Source of the DNA: Escherichia coli
GTDB lineage: Bacteria > Pseudomonadota > Gammaproteobacteria > Enterobacterales > Enterobacteriaceae
Reading direction: 5' to 3' (one strand)
NCBI RefSeq assembly: GCF_003334815.1
Contig: NZ_QOWO01000008.1
DNA length: 64,000 bases
Shown here one piece after another: positions 43,976 through 59,482 of this stretch (position 1 is the stretch's first letter; every line of letters begins with the position of its first letter). A program made the translations under genes and the position numbers. A model generated the notes under the pieces. It saw nothing but the letters and a program-made list of their open reading frames with translations. It had not been told where the DNA came from and searched no databases.

Positions 43976-44848
43976 TCAAAAAGGTTCGAGAGTCGCAAGC
44001 AGGCTGATGATCACCAGCACTACCGCACCTATCGCCCATTCGAGTTTAGTCATCCACACAAACCAGGGTGCCGCACGATCTTCATCCTGCCTCATGCGCG
44101 GTACAAGAACATAACGATTAGCCAGCGCAATGACCACCATAATCATCACCAGGATGGCTTTGAGCAATAAGAGTTGGCCCCAGTAAGTCGTAAGCGTGGG
44201 GGGAAATCCGGTAATCAACAATGCATTAAGCACGCCGCTTGCCAGTACGCCGATCACCGCAAAATGCCCGCACCAGGAAAAACGCATCAGCGCCTGAATA
44301 GCCTGGTGTCGCCAACGGCCTTTGATGAGTTGCATACACCAGAGCACCGGCAGTAATCCCCCAAACCACGCCGCCGCACAAATCAGGTGAATCGCGTGAT
44401 TAGTCTGATGGATTTTCGCTGTTACCCCTTCATTCAGCGTCGCATGCCCCACTCCCGCCAGCAGAATAAATTGCGCGGTAGTGAGCATAAACAGCAAACG
44501 TGGCATATTCCGCGGTTGCATAAGGGCGACGATCAACGTTACGAGGGCGAGAACAATTTGCCATAACCAGATGCCACCAAACTGCGTTTGCAAAACAGCC
44601 TGCCAAATGTTTGGCGAAAATACATCTGTCCATCCCGTTCCCATCAACCCGCCCTGAACGGCGAGCATTGCAGTGGCACTGATCAAACTCCAGACGGCAG
44701 CGTGCTGTTGTAAACGCAGAAAACGCTTCGCCAGCAAGCGACGAATCGTCAAGGGGGCCAGCCAGGCACCGTACATTGCGAAGCCAAAAACCAGCATCAG
44801 CGAGGTGAAATGGATAAATCGCAGCGCGATCCAGGTAAACGCCAGCAT
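43976..44848 (-). CDS. yebZ: CopD-family inner membrane protein
   Basis: 290 aa, 8-TM CopD-like copper resistance family. Confidence 0.88.
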   Translation of the reverse strand: MLAFTWIALRFIHFTSLMLVFGFAMYGAWLAPLTIRRLLAKRFLRLQQHAAVWSLISATAMLAVQGGLMGTGWTDVFSPNIWQAVLQTQFGGIWLWQIVLALVTLIVALMQPRNMPRLLFMLTTAQFILLAGVGHATLNEGVTAKIHQTNHAIHLICAAAWFGGLLPVLWCMQLIKGRWRHQAIQALMRFSWCGHFAVIGVLASGVLNALLITGFPPTLTTYWGQLLLLKAILVMIMVVIALANRYVLVPRMRQDEDRAAPWFVWMTKLEWAIGAVVLVIISLLATLEPF

Positions 44849-44851
44849 GAT

Positions 44852-45226
44852 TTATTTCACGCTAAAGGTGTAGTGTCCTTTCGTTTTATGCCCGTCCACC
44901 GAAACAACATGCCAGTCAACGGTGTAGGTTCCGGGTTTCAGCGAATCGGCCAGTGGAACAATCAGTTGCTTTTGGTCCTGCTCATTTCGCTTCGCCGGTA
45001 ATGTTTTAATATTTTCGTTTTTTGGCCCCGTGATTTTTGCACCACTGAATCCTGTTTCAACACCTTCCGAGAAGTTTAAAGTGATTGCCTGCGGTGCAGC
45101 TGTCACTTGCGCGTTTGCCGCAGGATACTGATGCGTTAAATGCGCATGTGCCCAGACGGAAGGTGTCACCAACGAAGTGGTCAGGATTGCCAGCGCGTAG
45201 CGAAGGGAGCGTGCAGTTGAAGCCAT
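44852..45226 (-). CDS. yobA: CopC-family periplasmic copper-binding protein
   Basis: 124 aa, signal peptide followed by the N-terminal His (HAHL) typical of CopC. Confidence 0.88.
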   Translation of the reverse strand: MASTARSLRYALAILTTSLVTPSVWAHAHLTHQYPAANAQVTAAPQAITLNFSEGVETGFSGAKITGPKNENIKTLPAKRNEQDQKQLIVPLADSLKPGTYTVDWHVVSVDGHKTKGHYTFSVK

Positions 45227-45364
45227 ATTATCTATTCCTTTTTGTAATAACTTTTTTACAGAGCATAACCTTGTCTAATGTCTGAGTCGAGGATCATCAA
45301 TTCCGGCTTGCCATCCTGGCTCACTCTTAGTAACTTTTGCCCGCGAATGATGAGGAGATTAAGA

Positions 45365-45595
45365 ATGCTGAAGAATCTGGCTAAACTGGATCAAACAGAA
45401 ATGGATAAAGTGAATGTCGATTTGGCGGCGGCCGGGGTGGCATTTAAAGAACGCTACAATATGCCGGTGATCGCTGAAGCGGTTGAACGTGAACAGCCTG
45501 AACATTTGCGCAGCTGGTTTCGCGAGCGGCTTATTGCCCACCGTTTGGCTTCGGTCAATCTGTCACGTTTACCTTACGAGCCCAAACTTAAATAA
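45365..45595 (+). CDS. holE: DNA polymerase III theta subunit
   Basis: 76 aa from ATG 45365 ([20 protein letters not shown]...). Confidence 0.9.
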
Positions 45596-45696
45596 AACTT
45601 ATACAGAGTTACACTTTCTTACATAACGCCTGCTAAATTATGAGTATTTTCTAAACCGCACTCATAATTTGCAGTCATTTTGAAAAGGAAGTCATT

Positions 45697-46353
45697 ATGT
45701 CGTTCTGGAAAGTTGCAGCAGCGCAATATGAGCCTCGTAAAACCTCACTCACCGAACAGGTAGCTCATCATCTGGAGTTTGTGAGGGCCGCCGCCAGGCA
45801 ACAATGTCAGCTGTTAGTTTTTCCATCGCTTTCTTTACTGGGGTGTGATTATTCGCGACGTGCCCTTCCTGCCCCACCCGATCTCTCACTGTTAGACCCG
45901 CTTTGTTATGCCGCAACGACCTGGCGAATGACCATCATTGCCGGCCTTCCCATTGAATATAACGATCGCTTTATTCGTGGAATTGCGGTGTTCGCACCGT
46001 GGCGAAAAACGCCTGGGATCTACCATCAGAGTCATGGTGCATGTCTGGGCCGTCGTTCCAGAACCATCACGGTGGTCGATGAACAACCGCAAGGTATGGA
46101 TATGGACCCGACCTGTTCACTGTTTACTACAGGGCAATGTCTGGGAGAACCCGACCTGCTGGCGTCGGCCCGTCGCTTACAATTTTTTTCACATCAGTAC
46201 TCGATTGCCGTGCTGATGGCAAATGCCCGTGGTAACAGTGCACTATGGGATGAATATGGTCGTCTCATCGTTCGCGCCGATCGTGGTTCATTATTGTTAG
46301 TCGGTCAGCGTTCATCACAGGGTTGGCAAGGCGATATCATTCCATTACGCTAG
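45697..46353 (+). CDS. yobB: Carbon-nitrogen hydrolase family protein
   Basis: 218 aa. Confidence 0.82.
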   Translation: MSFWKVAAAQYEPRKTSLTEQVAHHLEFVRAAARQQCQLLVFPSLSLLGCDYSRRALPAPPDLSLLDPLCYAATTWRMTIIAGLPIEYNDRFIRGIAVFAPWRKTPGIYHQSHGACLGRRSRTITVVDEQPQGMDMDPTCSLFTTGQCLGEPDLLASARRLQFFSHQYSIAVLMANARGNSALWDEYGRLIVRADRGSLLLVGQRSSQGWQGDIIPLR

Positions 46354-46376
46354 GCTTTTTCGGCCTGGAGCATGCC

Positions 46377-49123
<2,747 letters not shown>

Positions 49124-49304
49124 TTATAAGGGTGGCAAAACTCACCGGGGATGCAAGCGAAACAGGGGAGTCATTGCTTAGATGATGACAGGTAATGGCG
49201 CGGATATCGAATGTTATGCAGACAGAGAAAATCAGCCTGTTCAAATGGCTGTGCGATTCTGGATAGCCCGAAATAGTCAACTTCAGGCTATCCAGAGAGC
49301 GGAA

Positions 49305-49964
49305 TTATTCCGCCAAAGTGCGTTTTTGCTGTTCGAGATCGCGTTCAATGCCGTCACGAACATCCTGGGGGATTTTCAGCGCGTCACCCAGTGCATTCAG
49401 GTAACTGCGTTCCATAAAATGGTCAATATCAATAGCCGCGCAACTCAGGAAATAGATTTCCAGCGCCTCTTCTTCATTGCGGACCCCGGTAGCCAGGCGT
49501 TGTGGATCCAGCGGTTGTTCGATTGCCTGCTCAATGAGTACACGCCCCTGCTCTTCCACGCCGGCTCCACGCAATTGCTGGTCGATTGCCGCACGTTCTT
49601 TGGCATCAATATGACCATCACTTTTAGCGGCAAAGACCAGCGCAAGGATCAAACGTGCTGTACGCTCATCCAGCGGCGTACTTTGCGCGCCAAACTGCGG
49701 TTCGTCCTGATGCGCCGCGCGAATTTTATCTTTGTATTTATTCCACAGCACCGTACCCGCTACCGCTCCGCCGCCAACCAGTAACGCGTTGGTGCCATAT
49801 TTCGTAAGAAGTTTACGTGCTGATTTATTTGCGACCAGCAGCCCAGCCAGTCCGCCTAATGCGCCTGGCACTAACAGTTTGACCAATCCCTGATCCGCAG
49901 ACGAGGAGGTAGAAGAACTGCTTTGCCCAAGCAGGGATTGCAGTTGATTTAACCAGTTAGCCAT
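49305..49964 (-). CDS. yebE: DUF533 inner membrane protein
   Basis: 219 aa. Confidence 0.88.
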
Positions 49965-50179
49965 ATTTGCTCCTCAATAACCATTTTTAGTGCCTGTAGC
50001 ATAGCGGATGAGGATGTCAGAAAATGTATATCGAGACAAAAGATGCGCAAATAAGCGGGGCGGTAGGCCGTTATTCAAAGAAATTCGCGCCAGGTAAGGT
50101 ATTTACTGTATATCAGGTGATAAGGGTATTTTAGGTGAAAGTAGTTTGTCGTTTTGAGTGGCATTGTTTGATGCTGATT

Positions 50180-50265
50180 GCCCGATGCGACGCTGTTGCG
50201 TCTTCTCAGGCCTACGATTGTGGTGCGTTCTGGGGCGGACAAGGCACTCGCGCCGCATCCGCCAA
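50180..50265. repeat. BIME: two REP elements in inverted orientation
   Basis: GCCCGATGCGACGCTGTTGCGTCTTCTCAGGCCTAC (50180-50215) and, inverted, GGCGGATGCGGCGCGAGTGCCTTGTCCGCC (about 50225-50265). Confidence 0.55.
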
Positions 50266-50290
50266 CAGTCAATCGAATTATCAGAAGCCA

Positions 50291-50695
<405 letters not shown>

Positions 50696-50713
50696 TCAGG
50701 AGCGCAAGTTGCT

Positions 50714-51004
50714 TCAGGCCGCGTGTGAGGCATCTTCCTCTTCGGATTCAGCACCGACGACCTGTGGGGACGGTAATTTGCCGGTTTTCAGAATGGTGCT
50801 CAGCACATCTTTTTGTTCTGCCAGCCATAGCGAAAGGGCTTCACGTTGCTCGTCTTCCATTTGCACTGGAGAATTTGTCAGCCAGGTGTCAAGCAGATCC
50901 GCCGTATCAAGCATTTTGTCATAAGCATCGGCTTCCTTTTTGCTGGTAAACGACATTTTCTCTTCGCCCTCACGAATGACTACGTATTTAACTTCAACCG
51001 CCAT
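50714..51004 (-). CDS. yebG: SOS-inducible protein YebG
   Basis: 96 aa; LexA box immediately upstream. Confidence 0.9.
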   Translation of the reverse strand: MAVEVKYVVIREGEEKMSFTSKKEADAYDKMLDTADLLDTWLTNSPVQMEDEQREALSLWLAEQKDVLSTILKTGKLPSPQVVGAESEEEDASHAA

Positions 51005-51023
51005 TTGCAGCCTCTCATAATAA

Positions 51024-51039
51024 CTGTGATTTTATACAG
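51024..51039. promoter_or_regulatory. LexA box (CTGTGATTTTATACAG) in yebG promoter
   Basis: Exact CTGT-N8-ACAG palindrome 20 nt upstream of the yebG start. Confidence 0.65.
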
Positions 51040-51084
51040 TATATTTCTTTTCGGTTGAGAAATCAACATCAGCAATAAAGACAC

Positions 51085-51100
51085 ACGCAAACGTTTTCGT
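51085..51100. promoter_or_regulatory. PurR operator (ACGCAAACGTTTTCGT) in purT promoter
   Basis: Close match to the pur-box palindrome ACGCAAACGTTTGCGT, about 40 nt upstream of purT. Confidence 0.6.
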
Positions 51101-51137
51101 TTATACTGCGCGCGGAATTAATCAGGGGATATTCGTT

Positions 51138-52316
51138 ATGACGTTATTAGGCACTGCGCTGCGTCCGGCAGCAACTCGCGTGATGTTATTAGGCTCCGGT
51201 GAACTGGGTAAAGAAGTGGCAATCGAGTGTCAGCGTCTCGGCGTAGAGGTGATTGCCGTCGATCGCTATGCCGACGCACCAGCCATGCATGTCGCGCATC
51301 GCTCCCATGTCATTAATATGCTTGATGGTGATGCATTACGCCGTGTGGTTGAACTGGAAAAACCACATTATATCGTGCCGGAGATCGAAGCTATTGCCAC
51401 CGATATGCTGATCCAACTTGAAGAGGAAGGACTGAATGTTGTCCCCTGCGCTCGCGCAACGAAATTAACGATGAATCGCGAGGGTATCCGTCGCCTGGCG
51501 GCAGAAGAGCTGCAGCTGCCCACTTCCACTTATCGTTTTGCCGATAGCGAAAGCCTTTTCCGCGAGGCGGTTGCTGACATTGGCTATCCCTGCATTGTAA
51601 AACCGGTGATGAGCTCTTCCGGCAAGGGGCAGACGTTTATTCGTTCTGCAGAGCAACTTGCTCAGGCATGGAAGTACGCTCAGCAAGGCGGTCGCGCCGG
51701 AGCGGGCCGCGTAATTGTTGAAGGCGTCGTTAAGTTTGACTTCGAAATTACCCTGCTAACCGTCAGCGCGGTGGATGGCGTCCATTTCTGTGCACCAGTA
51801 GGTCATCGCCAGGAAGATGGCGACTACCGTGAATCCTGGCAACCACAGCAAATGAGCCCGCTTGCCCTTGAACGTGCGCAGGAGATTGCCCGTAAAGTGG
51901 TGCTGGCACTGGGCGGTTATGGGTTGTTTGGTGTCGAGCTATTTGTCTGTGGTGATGAGGTGATTTTCAGTGAGGTCTCCCCTCGTCCACATGATACCGG
52001 GATGGTGACGTTAATTTCTCAAGATCTCTCAGAGTTTGCCCTGCATGTACGTGCCTTCCTCGGACTTCCGGTTGGCGGGATCCGTCAGTATGGTCCTGCA
52101 GCTTCTGCCGTTATTCTGCCACAACTGACCAGTCAGAATGTCACGTTTGATAATGTGCAGAATGCCGTAGGCGCAGATTTGCAGATTCGTTTATTTGGTA
52201 AGCCGGAAATTGATGGCAGCCGTCGTCTGGGGGTGGCACTGGCTACTGCAGAGAGTGTTGTTGACGCCATTGAACGCGCGAAGCACGCCGCCGGACAGGT
52301 AAAAGTACAGGGTTAA
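51138..52316 (+). CDS. purT: Formate-dependent phosphoribosylglycinamide formyltransferase 2
   Basis: 392 aa ATP-grasp enzyme. Confidence 0.94.
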   Translation: MTLLGTALRPAATRVMLLGSGELGKEVAIECQRLGVEVIAVDRYADAPAMHVAHRSHVINMLDGDALRRVVELEKPHYIVPEIEAIATDMLIQLEEEGLNVVPCARATKLTMNREGIRRLAAEELQLPTSTYRFADSESLFREAVADIGYPCIVKPVMSSSGKGQTFIRSAEQLAQAWKYAQQGGRAGAGRVIVEGVVKFDFEITLLTVSAVDGVHFCAPVGHRQEDGDYRESWQPQQMSPLALERAQEIARKVVLALGGYGLFGVELFVCGDEVIFSEVSPRPHDTGMVTLISQDLSEFALHVRAFLGLPVGGIRQYGPAASAVILPQLTSQNVTFDNVQNAVGADLQIRLFGKPEIDGSRRLGVALATAESVVDAIERAKHAAGQVKVQG

Positions 52317-52336
52317 ACCCGGCAAAAAAACGCTAC

Positions 52337-52368
52337 AAAAATGCCCGATCCTCGATCGGGCATTTTGA
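52337..52368. terminator. Bidirectional intrinsic terminator between purT and eda
   Basis: ATGCCCGATCCTCGATCGGGCAT hairpin flanked by A and T runs. Confidence 0.6.
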
Positions 52369-52371
52369 CTT

Positions 52372-53013
52372 TTACAGCTTAGCGCCTTCTACAGCTTCAC
52401 GCGCCAGCTTAGTAATGCGGTCGTAATCGCCCGCTTCCAGCGCATCTGCCGGAACCAGCCAGGAACCACCGATGCACAGCACGCTTTTCAGCGCCAGGTA
52501 GTCACGGTAGTTAGCCGGAGAAATACCACCCGTCGGGCAGAAACGGACCTGGGAGAACGGACCCGCGATCGCCTGCAGGGCTTTCACGCCGCCGTTAGCT
52601 TCAGCCGGGAAGAATTTGAACTCTTTCAAACCGTAGTCCATACCCAGCATCAGTTCGGAAACAGTGCTGATCCCCGGAATCAGAGGAATAGTCCCTTCGG
52701 TAGCAGCTTTCAGCAGCGGCTCGGTCAGACCCGGGCTAATTGCGAACTGTGCACCCGCTTCAGTGACTTCTGCCAGCTGCTGTGGATTCAGCACCGTACC
52801 GGCACCCACAATCGCTTCAGGCACTTCTTTGGCGATAGCACGGATAGCGTCAACTGCACACTCGGTACGCAGAGTCACTTCCAGAACGCGCACCCCACCA
52901 GCAACCAACGCTTTTGCCATCGGCACCGCGTGTTCCAGTTTTTTTACCACGATAACCGGTACAACCGGGCCGGTGGTCAGGATTGATTCTGCACTTGTTT
53001 TCCAGTTTTTCAT
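52372..53013 (-). CDS. eda: KDPG / KHG aldolase
   Basis: 213 aa. Confidence 0.95.
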
Positions 53014-53049
53014 CAGAGTTTTCTCTCGCCTGATTACAAATTTGTCGTC

Positions 53050-54861
53050 TTAAAAAGTGATACAGGTTGCGCCCTGTTCGGCACCGGACAGTTTTTCACG
53101 CAAGGCGCTGAATAATTCACGTCCTGTTCCCACGCGTGACGCGCTCAGGTCAGGAATGTGCGGTTCGCGAGCAGCCAGTTCCGCTTCGTCTACCAGCAGC
53201 GTCAGTTCGCCTGTCTGTCCATTCACACGAATGATGTCCCCGTCGCGCACTTTTGCCAGCAGCCCGCCATCGTAGGCTTCTGGTGTTACGTGGATAGCTG
53301 ACGGCACTTTACCTGAAGCGCCGGAGAGTCGTCCATCGGTAACTAACGCAATTTTGAAACACCGGTCCAATAATACACCAAGTGGCGGCATGAGTTTATG
53401 TAATTCTGGCATTCCGTTCGCTTTTGGCCCCTGATGACGGACAACAACGACACAATCGCGGTCCAGCAAACCCGCTTCAAAGGCCGGCATAACGTCATGC
53501 TGGCTTTCAAAAACAACCGCTGGCGCTTCAATCACCTGGTTCTCAACCGGCACGGCAGAGGTTTTCATAACCGCACGGCCCAGGTTACCGCTTAACACTT
53601 TTGTCCCACCATGATGAGAGAAAGGTTGTTCGAAGGAAGCGATCACATTGCTGTCGAGTGATTTTTCCGCCCCTTCCCGCCAGTCCAGTTCACCATTATT
53701 CAGCCATGGTTCAAGGGTATAACGAGACAGACCAAAACCTGCCACCGTATTGACATCTTCATGCAGCAGGCCTGCTTTGAGCAGTTCACGCACCAGAACC
53801 GGTACGCCACCTGCCGCCTGGAAGTGGTTAATATCGGCCGGACCGTTCGGGTAGAGACGTGCCATCAGCGGTACAACATCAGAAAGGTCAGAGAAGTCAT
53901 CCCAGTTAATCTGAATACCGGCCGCGCGCGCCATCGCCACCAGGTGCATGGTGTGGTTAGTGGAACCACCGGTCGCCAGCAGTGCAACGATACCGTTCAC
54001 CACCACTTTCTCATCGATCATCTTACCGATCGGCATCCATTCATTACCATTACCGGTCATGCGTGTAACCTGACGCGCAGCTGCGGCGGTCAAAGCATCG
54101 CGCAGCGGAGAATCCGGATGAACAAAAGAAGAGCCTGGCAACTGCATCCCCATAAACTCCACCACCATCTGGTTGGTGTTGGCAGTACCGTAGAAAGTAC
54201 ATGTTCCCGGCGCATGGTAAGACGCGGCTTCTGACTCCAGTAAGGCCATGCGGTCCACTTTACCTTCGGCATAAAGCTGGCGAATACGCACTTTTTCTTT
54301 ATTTGGCAAACCGCTTGCCATCGGTCCAGACGGCACAAACACCGCAGGCAAATGACCAAACGACAGGGCTGCCATCGTCAGACCCGGGACAATCTTGTCG
54401 CACACACCGAGGAACAGAGCACCATCAAACATGTTATGGGACAGCCCCACCGCCGCAGACATCGCTATCACTTCGCGGCTTAGCAGCGACAATTCCATTC
54501 CATCCTGCCCCTGGGTGACACCATCACACATCGCCGGAACACCGCCCGCAACCTGACCAACCGCATTCGCTTCATGCAGGGCTTTACGAATGATTTCTGG
54601 ATAGTGTTCATAAGGCTGGTGCGCGGAGAGCATGTCGTTATAGGAGGTGATGATGGCGATATTGTTACGCAACATGCTTTTCAAAGAGGCTTTGTCTTCT
54701 GGCTGGCAGGCAGCGAAACCGTGTGCCAGGTTACCGCATGCCAACTGCGAACGATGAACGGTCGAAGTTTTCGCTTGTTCTATCCGGGCGAGATAAGCAG
54801 AGCGAGTCTCGCGCGAACGTTCAATGATTCGATTTGTTACGCGTAACAATTGTGGATTCAT
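53050..54861 (-). CDS. edd: Phosphogluconate dehydratase (Entner-Doudoroff)
   Basis: 603 aa, ILVD/EDD dehydratase family. Confidence 0.95.
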   Translation of the reverse strand: MNPQLLRVTNRIIERSRETRSAYLARIEQAKTSTVHRSQLACGNLAHGFAACQPEDKASLKSMLRNNIAIITSYNDMLSAHQPYEHYPEIIRKALHEANAVGQVAGGVPAMCDGVTQGQDGMELSLLSREVIAMSAAVGLSHNMFDGALFLGVCDKIVPGLTMAALSFGHLPAVFVPSGPMASGLPNKEKVRIRQLYAEGKVDRMALLESEAASYHAPGTCTFYGTANTNQMVVEFMGMQLPGSSFVHPDSPLRDALTAAAARQVTRMTGNGNEWMPIGKMIDEKVVVNGIVALLATGGSTNHTMHLVAMARAAGIQINWDDFSDLSDVVPLMARLYPNGPADINHFQAAGGVPVLVRELLKAGLLHEDVNTVAGFGLSRYTLEPWLNNGELDWREGAEKSLDSNVIASFEQPFSHHGGTKVLSGNLGRAVMKTSAVPVENQVIEAPAVVFESQHDVMPAFEAGLLDRDCVVVVRHQGPKANGMPELHKLMPPLGVLLDRCFKIALVTDGRLSGASGKVPSAIHVTPEAYDGGLLAKVRDGDIIRVNGQTGELTLLVDEAELAAREPHIPDLSASRVGTGRELFSALREKLSGAEQGATCITF

Positions 54862-54983
54862 AAAGGCTCCTGAAATTGAGTTGTCAGAGCAGGATGATTC
54901 ACAACGCGTTTCATTCAGAGGATTTATGACTGAAACGCCTGTAACCGGAGCTCATAGGGCAAAAACGTTTCAGTCAGTGTAAT

Positions 54984-55016
54984 AAAAAAAGCCTCGTGGG
55001 TGAATCCGCACGAGGC
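54984..55016 (-). terminator. Intrinsic terminator after zwf
   Basis: GCCTCGTGCGGATTCACCCACGAGGC hairpin followed by U7 on the minus strand. Confidence 0.6.
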
Positions 55017-55095
55017 CTGAAAGTGTAAAAATTGTTCTACAATCTGCGCAAGATCATGTTACCGGTAAAATAACCATAAAGGATAAGCGCAGATA

Positions 55096-56571
55096 TTACT
55101 CAAACTCATTCCAGGAACGACCATCACGGGTAATCATCGCCACCGAGGCAACGGGTCCCCAGGTTCCGGCCTGATACGGTTTCGGCGCATCATTGTCCAT
55201 CGCCCACGCCTCAGTAATGGAGTCTACCCATTTCCAGGCTTCTTCCACTTCGTCGCGACGTACAAACAGTGCCTGAATACCACGCATGGTTTCCAGCAGC
55301 AAACGTTCATAGGCATCCGCCAGATGCGTCTGATTAAAGGTTTCTGAATAGCTCAGATCCAGCTTGGTGATTTGCAGGTTATGTTTGTGGTCAAGGCCAG
55401 GAACTTTATTCAGTACCTGGATATCCACGCCTTCATCAGGTTGCAGACGGATAGTCAGTTTATTCTGCGGCAGATCCTGCCACGATTCTTTAAACAGATT
55501 CAGTTCAGGTGTTTTGAAATAGACCACGACTTCAGAACATTTGGTCGGCAGACGTTTACCAGTACGCAGGTAGAATGGCACACCGGCCCAGCGCCAGTTA
55601 TCAATGTCGACGCGGATCGCCACGAAAGTTTCTGTATTGCTGCTCTTGTTCGCGCCCTCTTCTTCCAGATATCCCGGCACTTTTTTGCCCTGGGCGAAGC
55701 CCGCAGTATATTGCCCGCGTACGGTTTTTTCGCGTACGTTGGAGCGGTCGATGCGGCGCAGAGACTTCAGTACTTTCACTTTTTCATCGCGGATGCTGTC
55801 TGCGCTCAGGTCAGACGGCGGAGACATCGCAATCATGCAAAGAATTTGCAGCAGGTGGTTCTGGATCATGTCGCGCATCTGACCGGCTTTATCAAAATAG
55901 CCCCAGCGCCCTTCGATCCCCACTTCTTCTGCCACGGTAATCTCAACATGATCAATGGTGCGATTGTCCCAGTTATTCACAAACAGGGAGTTAGCAAAAC
56001 GCAGCGCCAACAGGTTCAGCACCGTTTCTTTACCAAGATAGTGGTCGATACGGTAAACCTGGCACTCCTCGAAGTATTCGCCAACCTGATCATTGATTTC
56101 CTGCGAGGTCGCCAGCGACGTCCCCAGCGGTTTCTCCATGACTACGCGTGCCGGTTTAGCATTCAGTTTTGCCTCGCCAAGCCCTTTGCAAATTGCGCCA
56201 AAAGTGCTGGGCGGCATGGCAAAGTAGTTAATGGTGATACGATTTTTTTGATCCAGCATCGCGCCGAGACGGCTGAATGCAGCAGTGTCATTGACATCGA
56301 GATTACAAAAATCCAGACGTGCACTCAGGGTGTCCCATAAACCTTCATCAATGGTTTCTTTCATGAAAGTTTCGAGCGCCTCGCGGACAACTTTGGTATA
56401 TGCCGCTTTATCCCAGTCAGCACGCCCTACGCCGATAATCCGGGTGTCCGGGTTGAGCTGACCGGCTTTTTCCAGTTGATACAGGGAAGGCAGCAATTTA
56501 CGACGCGCAAGGTCGCCTTTCGCGCCGAAAATGACCAGGTCACAGGCCTGGGCTGTTTGCGTTACCGCCAT
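55096..56571 (-). CDS. zwf: Glucose-6-phosphate 1-dehydrogenase
   Basis: 491 aa, G6PD signature (RIDHYLGKE). Confidence 0.95.
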   Translation of the reverse strand: MAVTQTAQACDLVIFGAKGDLARRKLLPSLYQLEKAGQLNPDTRIIGVGRADWDKAAYTKVVREALETFMKETIDEGLWDTLSARLDFCNLDVNDTAAFSRLGAMLDQKNRITINYFAMPPSTFGAICKGLGEAKLNAKPARVVMEKPLGTSLATSQEINDQVGEYFEECQVYRIDHYLGKETVLNLLALRFANSLFVNNWDNRTIDHVEITVAEEVGIEGRWGYFDKAGQMRDMIQNHLLQILCMIAMSPPSDLSADSIRDEKVKVLKSLRRIDRSNVREKTVRGQYTAGFAQGKKVPGYLEEEGANKSSNTETFVAIRVDIDNWRWAGVPFYLRTGKRLPTKCSEVVVYFKTPELNLFKESWQDLPQNKLTIRLQPDEGVDIQVLNKVPGLDHKHNLQITKLDLSYSETFNQTHLADAYERLLLETMRGIQALFVRRDEVEEAWKWVDSITEAWAMDNDAPKPYQAGTWGPVASVAMITRDGRSWNEFE

Positions 56572-56908
56572 GTCATTCTCCTTAAGTTAACTAACCCGGT
56601 ACTTAAGCCAGGGTATACTTGTAATTTTCTTACGGTGCACTGTACTGCTTTTACGAGCTTGCGAAAACTGTAAACGCTTATCCACCCGTGCGATTACGGG
56701 AAAAGCGCGCAAAGTGCGGCAAAACTGATAAAAAAATCATCGTTTTCCATTGGGTAAAAATCTGACACTGATCATGTTATGAAAAAAAATAACAACTTTT
56801 TTATCTGCTTTTGTCATTAACACGGCACACAGGCGTAATATCTGACAAAACTGCATTTCGATTTCTTTCAGTGCGGAAATCGTCATTACCCGTGAGTCTC
56901 TTTACATC

Positions 56909-57778
56909 ATGAATATGCTGGAAAAAATCCAGTCTCAGCTGGAACATTTGAGCAAATCAGAGCGCAAAGTTGCCGAGGTCATTCTGGCTTCGCCCGATAA
57001 CGCGATCCATTCGAGTATTGCTGCTATGGCACTGGAAGCCAATGTTAGCGAACCGACGGTGAATCGTTTCTGTCGCAGCATGGACACGCGCGGTTTTCCT
57101 GATTTTAAACTTCATCTGGCACAGAGTCTGGCGAATGGCACTCCCTATGTTAATCGCAATGTCAATGAAGATGACAGCGTTGAATCATACACAGGGAAAA
57201 TATTTGAGTCCGCAATGGCAACGCTTGATCATGTCCGTCATTCACTGGATAAATCTGCCATCAACCGCGCCGTCGACTTGCTCACTCAGGCAAAAAAAAT
57301 CGCCTTTTTCGGATTAGGCTCTTCAGCCGCCGTTGCCCACGATGCGATGAATAAGTTCTTTCGTTTTAATGTTCCGGTGGTGTACTCCGATGATATCGTG
57401 CTGCAACGCATGAGTTGTATGAATTGTAGCGACGGAGACGTGGTGGTGCTGATTTCTCACACTGGAAGAACAAAAAATCTGGTCGAGCTGGCGCAGCTGG
57501 CACGCGAAAACGACGCCATGGTGATTGCCCTCACCTCTGCGGGTACCCCGCTCGCCCGGGAAGCAACGCTGGCAATTACCCTCGACGTACCGGAAGATAC
57601 TGACATTTATATGCCCATGGTTTCTCGACTTGCACAGCTGACCGTGATAGATGTGCTGGCGACAGGATTTACTTTGCGACGCGGTGCAAAATTCAGAGAT
57701 AACTTGAAGCGGGTCAAAGAAGCGCTGAAGGAATCGCGTTTTGATAAGCAGTTACTTAATTTAAGTGACGATCGCTAA
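56909..57778 (+). CDS. hexR: RpiR/HexR-family transcriptional regulator (HTH plus SIS domain)
   Basis: 289 aa, divergent from zwf. Confidence 0.9.
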
Positions 57779-57905
57779 AAACGACTGTCACTGTCCTAAT
57801 CTTATACGACATCCGAATGAGATTAATTTATCGCCATCGCGGCGTTATTTCATTCGGATTTCATGTTCAAGCAACACCTGGTTGTTTCAGTCAACGGAGT
57901 ATTAC

Positions 57906-59348
57906 ATGTCCAGAAGGCTTCGCAGAACAAAAATCGTTACCACGTTAGGCCCAGCAACAGATCGCGATAATAATCTTGAAAAAGTTATCGCGGCGGGTGC
58001 CAACGTTGTACGTATGAACTTTTCTCACGGCTCGCCTGAAGATCACAAAATGCGCGCGGATAAAGTTCGTGAGATTGCCGCAAAACTGGGGCGTCATGTG
58101 GCTATTCTGGGTGACCTCCAGGGGCCCAAAATCCGTGTATCCACCTTTAAAGAAGGCAAAGTTTTCCTCAATATTGGGGATAAATTCCTGCTCGACGCCA
58201 ACCTGGGTAAAGGTGAAGGCGACAAAGAAAAAGTCGGTATCGACTACAAAGGCCTGCCTGCTGACGTCGTGCCTGGTGACATCCTGCTGCTGGACGATGG
58301 TCGCGTCCAGTTAAAAGTACTGGAAGTTCAGGGCATGAAAGTGTTCACCGAAGTCACCGTCGGTGGTCCCCTCTCCAACAATAAAGGTATCAACAAACTT
58401 GGCGGCGGTTTGTCGGCTGAAGCGCTGACCGAAAAAGACAAAGCAGACATTAAGACTGCGGCGTTGATTGGCGTAGATTACCTGGCTGTCTCCTTCCCAC
58501 GCTGTGGCGAAGATCTGAACTATGCCCGTCGCCTGGCACGCGATGCAGGATGTGATGCGAAAATTGTTGCCAAGGTTGAACGTGCGGAAGCCGTTTGCAG
58601 CCAGGATGCAATGGATGACATCATCCTCGCCTCTGACGTGGTAATGGTTGCACGTGGCGACCTCGGTGTGGAAATTGGCGACCCGGAACTGGTCGGCATT
58701 CAGAAAGCGTTGATCCGTCGTGCGCGTCAGCTAAACCGAGCGGTAATCACGGCGACCCAGATGATGGAGTCAATGATTACTAACCCGATGCCGACGCGTG
58801 CAGAAGTCATGGACGTAGCAAACGCCGTTCTGGATGGTACTGACGCTGTGATGCTGTCTGCAGAAACTGCCGCTGGGCAGTATCCGTCAGAAACCGTTGC
58901 AGCCATGGCGCGCGTTTGCCTGGGTGCGGAAAAAATCCCGAGCATCAACGTTTCTAAACACCGTCTGGACGTTCAGTTCGACAATGTGGAAGAAGCTATT
59001 GCCATGTCAGCAATGTACGCAGCTAACCACCTGAAAGGCGTTACGGCGATCATCACCATGACCGAATCGGGTCGTACCGCGCTGATGACCTCCCGTATCA
59101 GCTCTGGTCTGCCAATTTTCGCCATGTCGCGCCATGAACGTACGCTGAACCTGACTGCTCTCTATCGTGGCGTTACGCCGGTGCACTTTGATAGCGCTAA
59201 TGACGGCGTAGCAGCTGCCAGCGAAGCGGTTAATCTGCTGCGCGATAAAGGTTACTTGATGTCTGGTGACCTGGTGATTGTCACCCAGGGCGACGTGATG
59301 AGTACCGTGGGTTCTACTAATACCACGCGTATTTTAACGGTAGAGTAA
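57906..59348 (+). CDS. pykA: Pyruvate kinase II
   Basis: 480 aa from ATG 57906 ([19 protein letters not shown]...); ORF-track 527 aa form is an extension. Confidence 0.94.
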
Positions 59349-59353
59349 GTACG

Positions 59354-59390
59354 TTGCCGGATGCGGCGAAAACGCCACATCCGGCCTACA
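59354..59390. repeat. REP element
   Basis: GCCGGATGCGGCGAAAACGCCACATCCGGCCTAC. Confidence 0.55.
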
Positions 59391-59454
59391 GTTCAATGAT
59401 AGTTCAACAGATTTCGAATATTCTGAAGCAAACTTGAACTTATCATCAGGCGAA

Positions 59455-59482
59455 GGCCTCTCCTCGCGAGAGGCTTTTTTAT
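59455..59482 (+). terminator. Intrinsic terminator after pykA (overlaps lpxM stop)
   Basis: GCCTCTCCTCGCGAGAGGC hairpin plus T6. Confidence 0.6.
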
